The position numbers and the translations under genes are program-made. The notes beneath the pieces are model-generated. The model had not been told where the DNA came from, ran no database searches, and saw nothing but the letters and a program-made list of their open reading frames with translations. Positions 1 to 7,926 of a stretch of 16,848 nt of DNA are shown piece after piece. The first letter of the stretch is position 1; the number at the start of each line of letters is the position of its first letter. Source of the DNA: Vulcanimicrobiaceae bacterium (GTDB lineage: Bacteria; Vulcanimicrobiota; Vulcanimicrobiia; Vulcanimicrobiales; Vulcanimicrobiaceae); the NCBI GenBank assembly GCA_046262595.1, contig JBHEMM010000045.1, forward strand, positions 1 to 16,848, read 5' to 3'.

Positions 1-462
1 CACCTCGATCGCCAAGCACTCACGGGTGAAATCGTCGACGATGTTCATGGTACGAATCGTTCTGCCGGTGGCAAGGCGGTCGTGCATAAAATCGATGGAC
101 CAGCGTTCGTTCGGCTGCGAAACCATCGGCACCGCATTGCCCCGGACGTAGCGCACTTTTCGCTTTTTACGCGCACGCACTTGCAACCCAAGATCCCGAT
201 AGATACGGCGAAATCGAAATTCTCCGACGTCGATCTTCTCGCGTTCAGCCAAGATCAACAAGCGGCGCCAACCCCAACGAGGCCGTTCGTGCGCAAGCTC
301 GTTCAGGCGTTTCGCGATCGCGTCGTCGTCTTTCGGTTTGCTACGATAGTGCAGCGTGCGCCGCGGCTGGCCGACAATGGCGCATGCGCGCGTTTGCGAA
401 AGTCCGTACTCTTGCAAGGCCCTCACCGCTTCTCTTCGCTGCGAGGGCCGAAGACGTTTTTT
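1..462 (-). CDS. IS3-family transposase OrfB (DDE catalytic part), partial; expressed as an OrfAB fusion by -1 frameshift
   Basis: Manual translation gives KKRLRPSQRREAVRALQEYGLSQTRACAIVG...RPRWGWRRL...PNERWSIDFMHDRLATGRTIRTMNIVDDFTRECLAIEV. The frame is open to the window edge, so it is absent from the ORF track. Confidence 0.92.
418..462 (-). promoter_or_regulatory. Programmed -1 ribosomal frameshift signal
   Basis: Slippery heptamer A-AAA-AAC (462-456) in the orfA frame, a 6-nt spacer, then a 9-bp stem GGCCCTCGC/GTGAGGGCC (449-441 pairing with 426-418, one G-U pair). Confidence 0.85.
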
Positions 463-716
463 GAAATCAACTCGCGGACCGCATCGACTTCCATCGTCAG
501 CCGAGCGATAATCCGGTCTTTTCGCCGGCTCTCATCTTCGAGCTGCTTGAGCCGCGCTAAATCGCTCGTTTGCAGCCCGGCGTACTTGTCTTTCCATAGG
601 CGGATCGTGTTGGGATGAATGCCGTGCCGACGTCCGAGCTCCGTCGCCGGCGTTCCGGCATCCAATTCTTTGAGGATCGCGACGATTTGCGCCTCGCTGA
701 AGCGACTTTTCTTCAC
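423..716 (-). CDS. IS3-family transposase OrfA (HTH)
   Basis: MKKSRFSEAQIVAILKELDAG...ELGRRHGIHPNTIRLWKDKYAG...RLKQLEDE is a typical IS3/IS407 OrfA. GTG start at 716 is preceded by an AAGGAG SD; the ORF-track start at 752 is probably too far upstream. Confidence 0.92.
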   Translation of the reverse strand: MKKSRFSEAQIVAILKELDAGTPATELGRRHGIHPNTIRLWKDKYAGLQTSDLARLKQLEDESRRKDRIIARLTMEVDAVRELISKNVFGPRSEEKR

Positions 717-1288
717 GTGAGTTCTCCTTGGGCCAGAGGCCCTGGAACTCACAGTTTCAACCTGAGCCGTTTTGCCACCTCAGGTCATGCCATTAACGTT
801 GCGCCTTGATAATCAATATGACCGACAATATGTCCGGTTGGCTCTAGAACATCATACGGCAAACCATTGCGTTCATTCAATACATGGAATCCTGAATTGC
901 GATCTGATACGGCCGCAGCAACCATTTCGCGTCTACCGCCGCAACGCCACACGCTCAATAGAGCGTTGCTGTTTACACAGTGTTCGTCTTCGTCCCAGCA
1001 TGGGTGGCGCGCGGGGAGCACGCGACTTCGCAGCAGAGCGCAATTAACAAGATCGCCGCAAGCCTTTGATGAACGCGGTTCGGAGGAACCGCACGTTGTT
1101 GCACAGACGTCGTGGCGCTTTTTCGACCTACGGATAGCCCGCTCTTATGTGAAGTCAACCGATAAACCTCGCCTTCAGTTTTGGTCTACGCCCCGGCTCA
1201 TCACGAATCGGACTTTATACGTGACCGTTGAAGTGGCATGTGCGTTTTGTGTAGATGTAAGTTGCGTCAGGCGCTCGATACGGGACAT

Positions 1289-1909
1289 TTACTCGTGAAG
1301 TTCAGACCGCAGCGCGTCAATGTGAGGCTTGAGTTCGCTGACGAGACGCTCCACCTGCTCTCGGAGCATCGCGTCTTTTGGATATTGCGGGATCTTTTGT
1401 ACCCGATGGACGCGAACGAATTTGACGTTGTCCAGAGATCGGCCGACAACATCGTCAACCACCGCCCCCTGCACGAGAATGATCTTCGGTCGGATGACAT
1501 TTAGCTGGTCCCAAAGCAGGTTTCGGTCCGTCATGATGTCCATGCCCTCCCGGTCTACCGCCGTACCCGCCGGCAGCGGACACTTCACGAGCGGAAGCCA
1601 CGCAGTTTCCTCGGAACGCACGCCGAGCGCCTCGAACAACGGGGCTTCCCAACGGCGATAGAACGGCACTTGATCGCGGAACTGCAGCCAACCGGTATAC
1701 GTTGCGACGTAGTCCGAGACTTCGCCGGTTTGACCCCACCGCTGGAAAGCAGCGCGCGCGAATTCGTATTCGTGCGACGGCAGATTACTCTCATTCGGAT
1801 AATACGAGATCGCAGTCAGCAACGGCTCACGATCGACCGGAATGAACGCCGGCTCAAGAGCGCGCTTCGCGTTCTTGCCGATCGCCTCCTAACGGGTTTT
1901 CGGATCCAT
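1289..1909 (-). pseudogene. Uracil-DNA glycosylase-superfamily-like gene with disrupted 5' end; may instead be an intact 177-aa CDS from TTG 1822
   Basis: WLPLVKCPLPAG...LLWDQLNVIRPKIILVQG resembles the family-4/5 UDG 'vKC.P...L..ql.li.PkiIv.lG' core. The same frame continues upstream through an in-frame TAG at 1889-1891. Confidence 0.5.
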
Positions 1910-2091
1910 CCGAATTATCGCCGAACCGGTTCGGGCGAACTCCGCCAGAGTGTGCCGATAGTCTTCGCTTGAAGTCCCGTCATCTTTTGCTCCTGTTTCA
2001 CGAGCGGTTCGGCGTAAGCCCGTACTGCGAGGGTTCGGCGAAGCTGGCGTCTGTATCGGATAAGTATCTACACCATGGTGTCAAACCACGC

Positions 2092-4176
2092 CTACCGCCG
2101 CAGCGTGCGCTCCAGCCAGGACGCCTCCACGCGAAGGCGCTCGACCCGATGCAGCGGGGAACCCGTGCGCGAGAGGTCGTGATTCTCGCCCGGAAACACG
2201 ACGTATTCCGCGGGTTTGCCCAATATGCGCAGCGCGTTGAACTCTTGCAGACTCTGATCGACCGGCGTGCGGATGTCTTCTTCGGAATGCAGAATCATCA
2301 CGGGCGTCGTCACGTTCTCCACGTACGTGAGCGGCGATTCGGCGGCGTTGTTGCTCTTGGGATCCCACGGGTTGCCGAAGCCGTACGTCGTGAATCCGCC
2401 AAAACCGTTGTTCGAGGCGAAATCCGCGGCGAGTTCTTCGCTCGTTAAGTTCGCGACCGCACGTTCGGCAATCGCGGCCTTATACCGGTGCGTGTGCGAG
2501 ATCACCCACAGCGTCGCGTAGCCGCCGTAACTTCCGCCGCTCACCGCGAGATGCTGCGCATCGACGCTTGGGCGCTGAACGGCGGCGTCCATAACACGCT
2601 GAACGTCGTCGAACATCGCCTCGCCCCATTTACCGTTGAGCGCGGCTTGAAACGCCTGGCCGTGTCCCGTGCTGCCGCGCGGATCGGCAAACACGACGTT
2701 GTAACCGCGGCCCGCCCAATATTGCAGCTCGTGAAAAAACGTTTGCCCGAATTGCGTTTGCGGGCCGCCGTGAATGTCGAGCAAGGTCGGATGTTTGCCG
2801 CCGTGGCCTCCGATGGCCGGCATGAACCACGCCTGCACGTGAAATCCCGCATCGTCGGTAACGCTGAACTCCTGCGGCGTCGAGAGCTGCACGCCCGCCA
2901 GATACGCATCGTTCATGCCGGTGATGCGCGCGCTTTTACCGGTGTCGAGGTCCAGCACGTACACTTCGCGCGGATGCGTGAAGTCCGAACGTGTATAGGC
3001 GGCGTAGCGGCCCGCGCGATCCATCGTACATTCCGCCGCTTCACCGCTTTCTGTCAGTTTCGTGAGCGCGCCGGTTTGCGGATCGAGCTTCACCAGCGCG
3101 CTATAACCGGGCTGTTCTTCATCGGTGAGCGCGAAGCGATCGCCCGGAGCGAACTGCGGGCCGCACATGCCGCCCGGTTCACCCATGTCGGCGAGCACCG
3201 AGTCGCCGAACTGCACGGCATTCGTTGCGACAACATCGCGTGCACCGCTGCCGTCAACGTTCGAACGCACCAGTGCCGCAAACTCGCCCGGGTTGGCCAC
3301 GCCGCCGCGAAATTGCCAGATGTGCCCCGAGCGATCGAAGCCGAGCAGATAGTTTCCCGGATACCGCGAGCGCAGCCGGTGCATCGCACCGCCCGCCGCA
3401 GAAATCGTGTAGACGTCGTTCGGGCCGCTGCTCGGCGAGACGAAGCGCTCGGAATCAAATGCGATCGTCCGATCGTCGGGCGACCACTGCGGATTGCCTT
3501 CCGACCATTGCGTACCGCTGGTAAGCGCGCGCGCCCCGCTGCCGTCGGCGTTCATCACCCAAAGATGCGCATGTCGATCGTACGTGTAGCCTTCACCGTT
3601 GTTCTCGAATAGAATATTGTGAATGATCCGCACATCGGTTTTGCGCTGGTCTTTGGCGGGTTTGAATCCGGCCGCTTGGAAATCAGCGTATGCATTCGGG
3701 ACGCGGTCCAGCGTAACCGAACCGAACGCGATGTGTTTGCCGTCGTGCGACCACACCGGCCCCGACGCGCCGCTCTTGACGTGCGAGAGCTGCCGCACCG
3801 CGCCGGTCGCGACGTTGTAAGCGAAGATCTGCGCGTGCGCGCCCTTCTTTGCGGGCCCGCGGACAAACGCAATCGTGCGCGAATCCGGCGACCACGCGGG
3901 GCTCGAATCACGGCCGGTGTTCGCGATGCGCTTGAGCGCGCCGCCGCTGCGATCGACGATGTAGAGATTCGTGTCGTAGCGATCTTTCGGCCCATTCGCG
4001 CGCGCGACGACAAACGCGACCCGCGAGCCGTCCGGCGCAATCTGCGGGTTCGAAATGAAGTTGAGCTTGTACAGATCTTCCGGTGCGACGGGCCGCGCGG
4101 CTTGTGCCGCGCCGTGCGCGATAAGTGCGAAGACCAGCGCGAGAGCGCCGGACGAAGAAACCAAACGTGCGTTCAT
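2092..4176 (-). CDS. S9 (prolyl oligopeptidase / acylaminoacyl-peptidase-like) serine peptidase with beta-propeller and signal peptide
   Basis: Hydrophobic N-terminus ending AQA-A; PD40-like repeats (WSPDSR, WSHDGK, WSPDDR); DIHGGP; nucleophile motif GGSYGG; catalytic Asp (EDIRTP) and His (ENHDL). Confidence 0.95.
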   Translation of the reverse strand: MNARLVSSSGALALVFALIAHGAAQAARPVAPEDLYKLNFISNPQIAPDGSRVAFVVARANGPKDRYDTNLYIVDRSGGALKRIANTGRDSSPAWSPDSRTIAFVRGPAKKGAHAQIFAYNVATGAVRQLSHVKSGASGPVWSHDGKHIAFGSVTLDRVPNAYADFQAAGFKPAKDQRKTDVRIIHNILFENNGEGYTYDRHAHLWVMNADGSGARALTSGTQWSEGNPQWSPDDRTIAFDSERFVSPSSGPNDVYTISAAGGAMHRLRSRYPGNYLLGFDRSGHIWQFRGGVANPGEFAALVRSNVDGSGARDVVATNAVQFGDSVLADMGEPGGMCGPQFAPGDRFALTDEEQPGYSALVKLDPQTGALTKLTESGEAAECTMDRAGRYAAYTRSDFTHPREVYVLDLDTGKSARITGMNDAYLAGVQLSTPQEFSVTDDAGFHVQAWFMPAIGGHGGKHPTLLDIHGGPQTQFGQTFFHELQYWAGRGYNVVFADPRGSTGHGQAFQAALNGKWGEAMFDDVQRVMDAAVQRPSVDAQHLAVSGGSYGGYATLWVISHTHRYKAAIAERAVANLTSEELAADFASNNGFGGFTTYGFGNPWDPKSNNAAESPLTYVENVTTPVMILHSEEDIRTPVDQSLQEFNALRILGKPAEYVVFPGENHDLSRTGSPLHRVERLRVEASWLERTLRR

Positions 4177-4214
4177 CCCGCGACTTTAGGACGCGGCGCT
4201 GCGGGGTCCTGCGG

Positions 4215-4574
4215 CTAGTTATCGCGCAGGTCGAGAATGGCGCGCAAGCCTTCGTCCACTGATGCCATCGTTTTTTCACTGACGCGCCCCAACATCTGAC
4301 CACACAACCGCAACTGATCGACCGTACGAATCTGATTCAAAACAATGAGGCTGTCTTTCTTAAGTTGCGCTTCGGGCCGACGCACGAGGACGTTGAGGAC
4401 ATTCGCGGTTTTGCCGTGTGCCGAGCTGAGCGGACAGACGATAGTCGTCGCGGACGAGGCATTTGCGCTGTCGCGCTGCACAACAAGACACGGCCTCGTT
4501 TTTGCCTGTTCGCTGCCAATCGTGCGGTCTAAGGCAACATACCAAACGCCGCCCCGGACAGGAGCGTCGCTCAC
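4215..4574 (-). CDS. mazF: Type II toxin, PemK/MazF family endoribonuclease
   Basis: RGGVWYVALDRTIGSEQAKTRPCLVVQRD...TTIVCPLSS...DSLIVLNQIRTVDQLRL. The GTG start at 4574 overlaps the antitoxin stop (GTGA), indicating translational coupling. Confidence 0.93.
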   Translation of the reverse strand: MSDAPVRGGVWYVALDRTIGSEQAKTRPCLVVQRDSANASSATTIVCPLSSAHGKTANVLNVLVRRPEAQLKKDSLIVLNQIRTVDQLRLCGQMLGRVSEKTMASVDEGLRAILDLRDN

Positions 4575-4825
4575 CGCCCGGCGTACGGGTCGTCGAATGC
4601 GTCGCTTAGGCCATCCCCAAGCGTGCCCTCCCATTCCGTAGCCAGAGCGCGGTCTCGCTGCGTCATCTCGCGGCAGGCTGCTTCGACTTCCGCATCAAGT
4701 ATTTCACGCTTGCGCCGGCGCGCGGCAACAAGCGCGGCGTCGACCATGAACGCGGTCCGATTTTCAGCCACCGAGTCGATGATATCGAGGAACTCGTCCG
4801 GAATGAGCATAGAGATTCGAGGCAT
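4571..4825 (-). CDS. Type II antitoxin, ribbon-helix-helix type (84 aa)
   Basis: MPRISMLIPDEFLDIIDSVAENRTAFMVDAA has an RHH pattern and an acidic C-terminal tail (EWEGTLGDGL). It lies immediately upstream of and overlaps mazF. The true start is ATG 4825, not the ORF-track start at 5020, which is inside cfa. Confidence 0.85.
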   Translation of the reverse strand: MPRISMLIPDEFLDIIDSVAENRTAFMVDAALVAARRRKREILDAEVEAACREMTQRDRALATEWEGTLGDGLSDAFDDPYAGR

Positions 4826-4860
4826 ACGTACAATATATATCATTTGTATGCATACATCAA
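4826..4860 (-). promoter_or_regulatory. Sigma70-type TA promoter with palindromic operator
   Basis: TTGATG (4860-4855), 17 nt, TATATT (4837-4832), 6 nt, ATG. A perfect 12-bp palindrome TGTATGCATACA at 4845-4856 overlaps the -35 box and spacer. Confidence 0.75.
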
Positions 4861-4884
4861 GCGGCCGCTGCGTGCGGCGTGCCG

Positions 4885-6138
4885 CTATCGATACAAGTCG
4901 CGCCGAGTCGCCGGCACCCCCGAAACGCCATCCGCAAGCGGCTTGGCGAGCAGCGACTGGAACAAACCCATGCGCCCGGCGTGGAAGCCTTGCGCGCTGC
5001 CGGCTAAATACAAGCGCCACGCGCGGTAGCTTTGCTCCCCGGCGGCCGCGACGGCGCGCTCGCGGTTGCGTTCCAAGTTTGCAATCCAGGCGCGGATGGT
5101 GCGGTGATAATGCTCGCGCAGATTCTCCACATCGCGAACTTCAAACCCGGCGTCTTCCGCCCGCGCCAGCGCATCGGAAACGCGCACCAGTTCACCGTCG
5201 GGGAAAATGAACTTGTCCATGAATCCCACGGCTTTGCCGTCGCCCGGGCCTTCGTGCGAAATGCCGTGATTCAGGAACAATCCGCCGCGTTTGAGCAAAC
5301 GGTGCGCCGTACTGAAATAGGCAGGCAAATTCGTGCGGCCGACGTGTTCGAACATGCCGATGCTCACGATCTTATCGAACGAGGCGTTGGGTAATTCGCG
5401 GTAGTCGCGATACTCCACGGCCGCTTGACCCTTCAGCCCTTCGGCCGCGATGCGCCGCTGCGCTTCTTCTACTTGCCGCTCGCTCAGTGTTACGCCCACA
5501 ACGTGTGCGCCGAACTGTTTGGCCGCACGAACGGCGAGCCCGCCCCAACCGCAGCCGATGTCGAGCAGCCGTTCACCCGGGCGAAGGCGCAGCTTCTTGA
5601 GCGAGTAATCGATTTTCGCGATCTGCGCATCGTCCAGCGTTTGCACGCCCTCATCGAAGTATGCGCATGAATACACGAGATTGCTATCCAGAAACGTCCG
5701 GTAGAACTCAACCGGTTGATCGTAATGAAAACCGATGGCCGCGCGATCGCGTTCGATCGAATGGCGCTTGCCATGCAGATGCGCTTCGCGCAGCCGCGGA
5801 AGCGCGGCTTTGGGCAGTTGACGCAGCAGCAATCCTAAACGCAGCAAGTGCAGGCCGGCGCCTTGGGAGACGCGGCGCATAAGCGTGTCGACGGCAACTT
5901 CGGCATCGCCCTCGATGTCGATCAGGCCCGCGGCAAACGCCCGCCCGACGTTCAAGTCGATCGGCGGCCGGAGCGCCGCGCGCAGCGCGCCCGGATCGTT
6001 GATCAGCAGCGTAAAGGCGCCCCGTTCCCGCGCCCCCAGTTGGGTACCGTCCCAGAGCCGCACGGAGAACCGCTGCAGGTAGCCATCGCCGAACAGGGTC
6101 TTGAGTGACTGATTTGCTGCCTTGGCATAGTCGCGCAT
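4885..6138 (-). CDS. cfa: Cyclopropane-fatty-acyl-phospholipid synthase family SAM methyltransferase
   Basis: AIGFHYD, YSCAYF, LLDIGCGWG (SAM binding), FDKIVSIGMFEHVG, FIFPDGEL, DVENLREHY, WRLYLAG. Confidence 0.95.
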   Translation of the reverse strand: MRDYAKAANQSLKTLFGDGYLQRFSVRLWDGTQLGARERGAFTLLINDPGALRAALRPPIDLNVGRAFAAGLIDIEGDAEVAVDTLMRRVSQGAGLHLLRLGLLLRQLPKAALPRLREAHLHGKRHSIERDRAAIGFHYDQPVEFYRTFLDSNLVYSCAYFDEGVQTLDDAQIAKIDYSLKKLRLRPGERLLDIGCGWGGLAVRAAKQFGAHVVGVTLSERQVEEAQRRIAAEGLKGQAAVEYRDYRELPNASFDKIVSIGMFEHVGRTNLPAYFSTAHRLLKRGGLFLNHGISHEGPGDGKAVGFMDKFIFPDGELVRVSDALARAEDAGFEVRDVENLREHYHRTIRAWIANLERNRERAVAAAGEQSYRAWRLYLAGSAQGFHAGRMGLFQSLLAKPLADGVSGVPATRRDLYR

Positions 6139-6315
6139 CGTACCATTAGTATACGCTGTTCGCTGTTACGATTAAACCGGCAGGCGCACCCCGGTACCCT
6201 CCGGAAGCGATGCGTCCGGCGGAGCAACAATCGACAATACCGGAGTCGATGAACTCGTCGTGCCCGGCTCGTGGCACTCTGAACGACAGCACGAGTCGAC
6301 TAAGGAGTTGTGCAT

Positions 6316-6714
6316 ATGCATCGTCTCTTTCAACGATTTGCGGTTGTGCTGGTCCTTATCGCCGCAGCGCTCCTTATCCCGGCAAGCGCACAAGCCGGGC
6401 GGCACGGCGGCTACGGCGGAACACGCGGATATTCGCACCGCTCATATAGCCGCCGTCCGTACGGTACACGGCCCTATCACGTGCGCGCATACCGCACGCA
6501 CACGCGTGTCCATCGCTCGCGTGAAGCGCGCAGCGCGTTCGAACGCATGACCGGTTTTGCGCATGGGCGGGCCGGCTACGTCATCGATCATATCGTACCG
6601 CTGGCATGCGGCGGCGCGGACGCGCCAAGCAATATGCAGTGGCAAACGATCGCGCAAGGCAAGGCGAAGGACAAATGGGAGCGCAAGGGCTGTTCGCATG
6701 GGCACCGGCAGTAA
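6316..6714 (+). CDS. Small exported HNH-motif protein
   Basis: SD AAGGAG at 6302-6307 before ATG 6316. Sec-type signal (FAVVLVLIAAALLIPASAQA), an R/G/Y/H-rich linker, then GYVIDHIVPLACGGADAPSNMQWQT...KAKDKWE. Confidence 0.8.
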   Translation: MHRLFQRFAVVLVLIAAALLIPASAQAGRHGGYGGTRGYSHRSYSRRPYGTRPYHVRAYRTHTRVHRSREARSAFERMTGFAHGRAGYVIDHIVPLACGGADAPSNMQWQTIAQGKAKDKWERKGCSHGHRQ

Positions 6715-6785
6715 CCCGCAGCGCTTTAGTGTTTTGCCGCATGCGACGCGACGTCGCCAGGGAGCAAAAGCATCGTCCCTAAACG

Positions 6786-7430
6786 CTAAATCCGGAACAT
6801 CTGCGCGAACCGCGCGAACAATTCGCGATCGCCGGTGATGCGGACCAATTTGTTCTTCATCGCGGCTTCGGGCGTAATCTCTTGCGCCATGATGGCGCGA
6901 ATCGCCGGCCCGGATTCGATAACGACGTCGGGCTTCTCGATCGGCCCCTTGCCGACGCTCAGGCTGCGGTTTTTCACGATCGCATGAATCACGATCTCGC
7001 CAAGGCGCAATTCGTAGCGGGCGCTCGTGCGCGCCGCATGCTCCGCGCGAAACGTCGAACGCAGCGCCATCATCATCGAATCTTCAGTCACGATCTCGCC
7101 CGGCCGCGGCTCACCCAGCAACGTTGCACCCCAGCGGCCGAGCGCGATGACCGGCGCTTCGAGTTCGCGGCCCTTCGCGGTAAGCTCGTACGCGACGCCG
7201 GCACCGGCGGATCGCGCCATCGCCTTGCGCTCCACCACGCCGGCCTCTTCCAGTTCTTTCAAGCGCGCGGTTAAAATATTACTGGGAATCCCGCGCAGCC
7301 CGCGCTGGAGGTCGCTGAAGCGCTTGGGTCCGGTCAGCAAATCGCGCAAAATCAGCAGCGCCCACCGCTCCCCAACGATTTCCAGGGCGCGCGAGAACCC
7401 GCAATACTGCCCATAGGCACGATTTGCCAT
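6786..7430 (-). CDS. HxlR-family winged-HTH transcriptional regulator with C-terminal SCP2-like domain
   Basis: YGQYCGFSRALEIVGERWALLILRDLLTGPKRFSDLQRGL.GI..NILTARLKELEEAGVV...YELT.KG. The C-terminus PDVVIES...AM....VRITGD...F is SCP2-like. Confidence 0.9.
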   Translation of the reverse strand: MANRAYGQYCGFSRALEIVGERWALLILRDLLTGPKRFSDLQRGLRGIPSNILTARLKELEEAGVVERKAMARSAGAGVAYELTAKGRELEAPVIALGRWGATLLGEPRPGEIVTEDSMMMALRSTFRAEHAARTSARYELRLGEIVIHAIVKNRSLSVGKGPIEKPDVVIESGPAIRAIMAQEITPEAAMKNKLVRITGDRELFARFAQMFRI

Positions 7431-7467
7431 GCTCCAATACTACTCTTTACTTTCCTTTATGTATAGT

Positions 7468-7498
7468 ACTTGCTTTTTACAAGTGCACGTTCTAGAAT
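7468..7498 (+). promoter_or_regulatory. Promoter of the VOC-DoxX operon with an overlapping inverted-repeat operator
   Basis: TTGCTT (7470-7475), 17 nt, TAGAAT (7493-7498). Inverted repeat ACTTG-N7-CAAGT at 7468-7484 in an AT-rich divergent intergenic region. Confidence 0.65.
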
Positions 7499-7536
7499 AG
7501 GGCTACTTTCACCGGCCGCCAGCAAGGAGCACTCAC

Positions 7537-7926
7537 ATGCCAAGTCCCGTCGTTCATTTTGAAATCGCGACCAAAGACCCCGACGCGCTCACTGCCTTTT
7601 TTCGCGATGCGTTCGATTGGACGATAGCGGGCACGCACGCGGGGACGGGCGAAGGCGACATCCCCAAGTACATCGTGCTGCGTCCGACCGGCGAAGAGGA
7701 GCCGAATATCGGCATTAACGGCGGCGTCGGCGGCGTGCCGCAGGGTTACGATGGTCATGTCACGTTTTACATCGCGGTCGACGACATCGAAGCGGCGCTG
7801 CAAAAAGTTGAACAACTCGGCGGGACACGGATAATGGGCCCGGAGCAAGTGCCCGGCGGTCCGCTCATCGCGTTGTTCAGCGATCCGCAAGGCCACACGA
7901 TCGGCCTGGCAAAGCCGGATATGTAA
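7537..7926 (+). CDS. VOC family (glyoxalase/bleomycin resistance) protein
   Basis: VVHFEI..KDPD...FF..AFDW; GINGG; VTFYIAVDDIEAAL.KV..LGG; ALFSDPQGHTIGL. SD AAGGAG upstream. Confidence 0.92.
   Translation: MPSPVVHFEIATKDPDALTAFFRDAFDWTIAGTHAGTGEGDIPKYIVLRPTGEEEPNIGINGGVGGVPQGYDGHVTFYIAVDDIEAALQKVEQLGGTRIMGPEQVPGGPLIALFSDPQGHTIGLAKPDM

Larger units (their letters stand above)
1..787 (-). mobile_element. IS3-family insertion sequence (IS407-like), left part; continues beyond window start
   Basis: Minus strand begins TGACCTGAGGTGGCAAAACGG at 787, a 5'-TG terminus typical of IS3 inverted repeats. It is followed by orfA and an overlapping -1 frame orfB with DDE integrase-core motifs. The right IR is outside the window. 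Confidence 0.9.

Noticed and set aside
1889..1891. Genome-wide TAG reassignment (or pyrrolysine) as the explanation for the in-frame amber codon
   Set aside because: Clear genes in this window (S9 peptidase, mazF, cfa, HxlR, DoxX, M56) end at TAG at their expected C-termini, and no pyl genes are visible.
1921..2081. Palindromes CCGAACCGGTTCGG (1921-1934) and ACACCATGGTGT (2070-2081) and repeated GGTTCGGCG
   Set aside because: They are short and irregularly spaced. A TTGACA overlaps the second palindrome but has no convincing -10 at 16-18 nt, so no function can be supported.
2488..3612. 374-aa plus-strand ORF, and likewise 8852-10288 (478 aa) and other long overlapping ORFs
   Set aside because: These are antisense shadows of well-supported genes in GC-rich DNA, with no recognisable motifs.
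4861..4885. GC hairpin after cfa as an intrinsic terminator (similarly the hairpins near 4188-4210, 6743-6757 and 1075-1092)
   Set aside because: The stems are imperfect or short and lack a U-tract, which is not enough to call terminators.
4826..5020. ORF-track N-terminal extensions of the antitoxin (start 5020) and toxin (start 4634)
   Set aside because: They overlap cfa and the antitoxin respectively. Promoter position and GTGA coupling support starts at 4825 and 4574.
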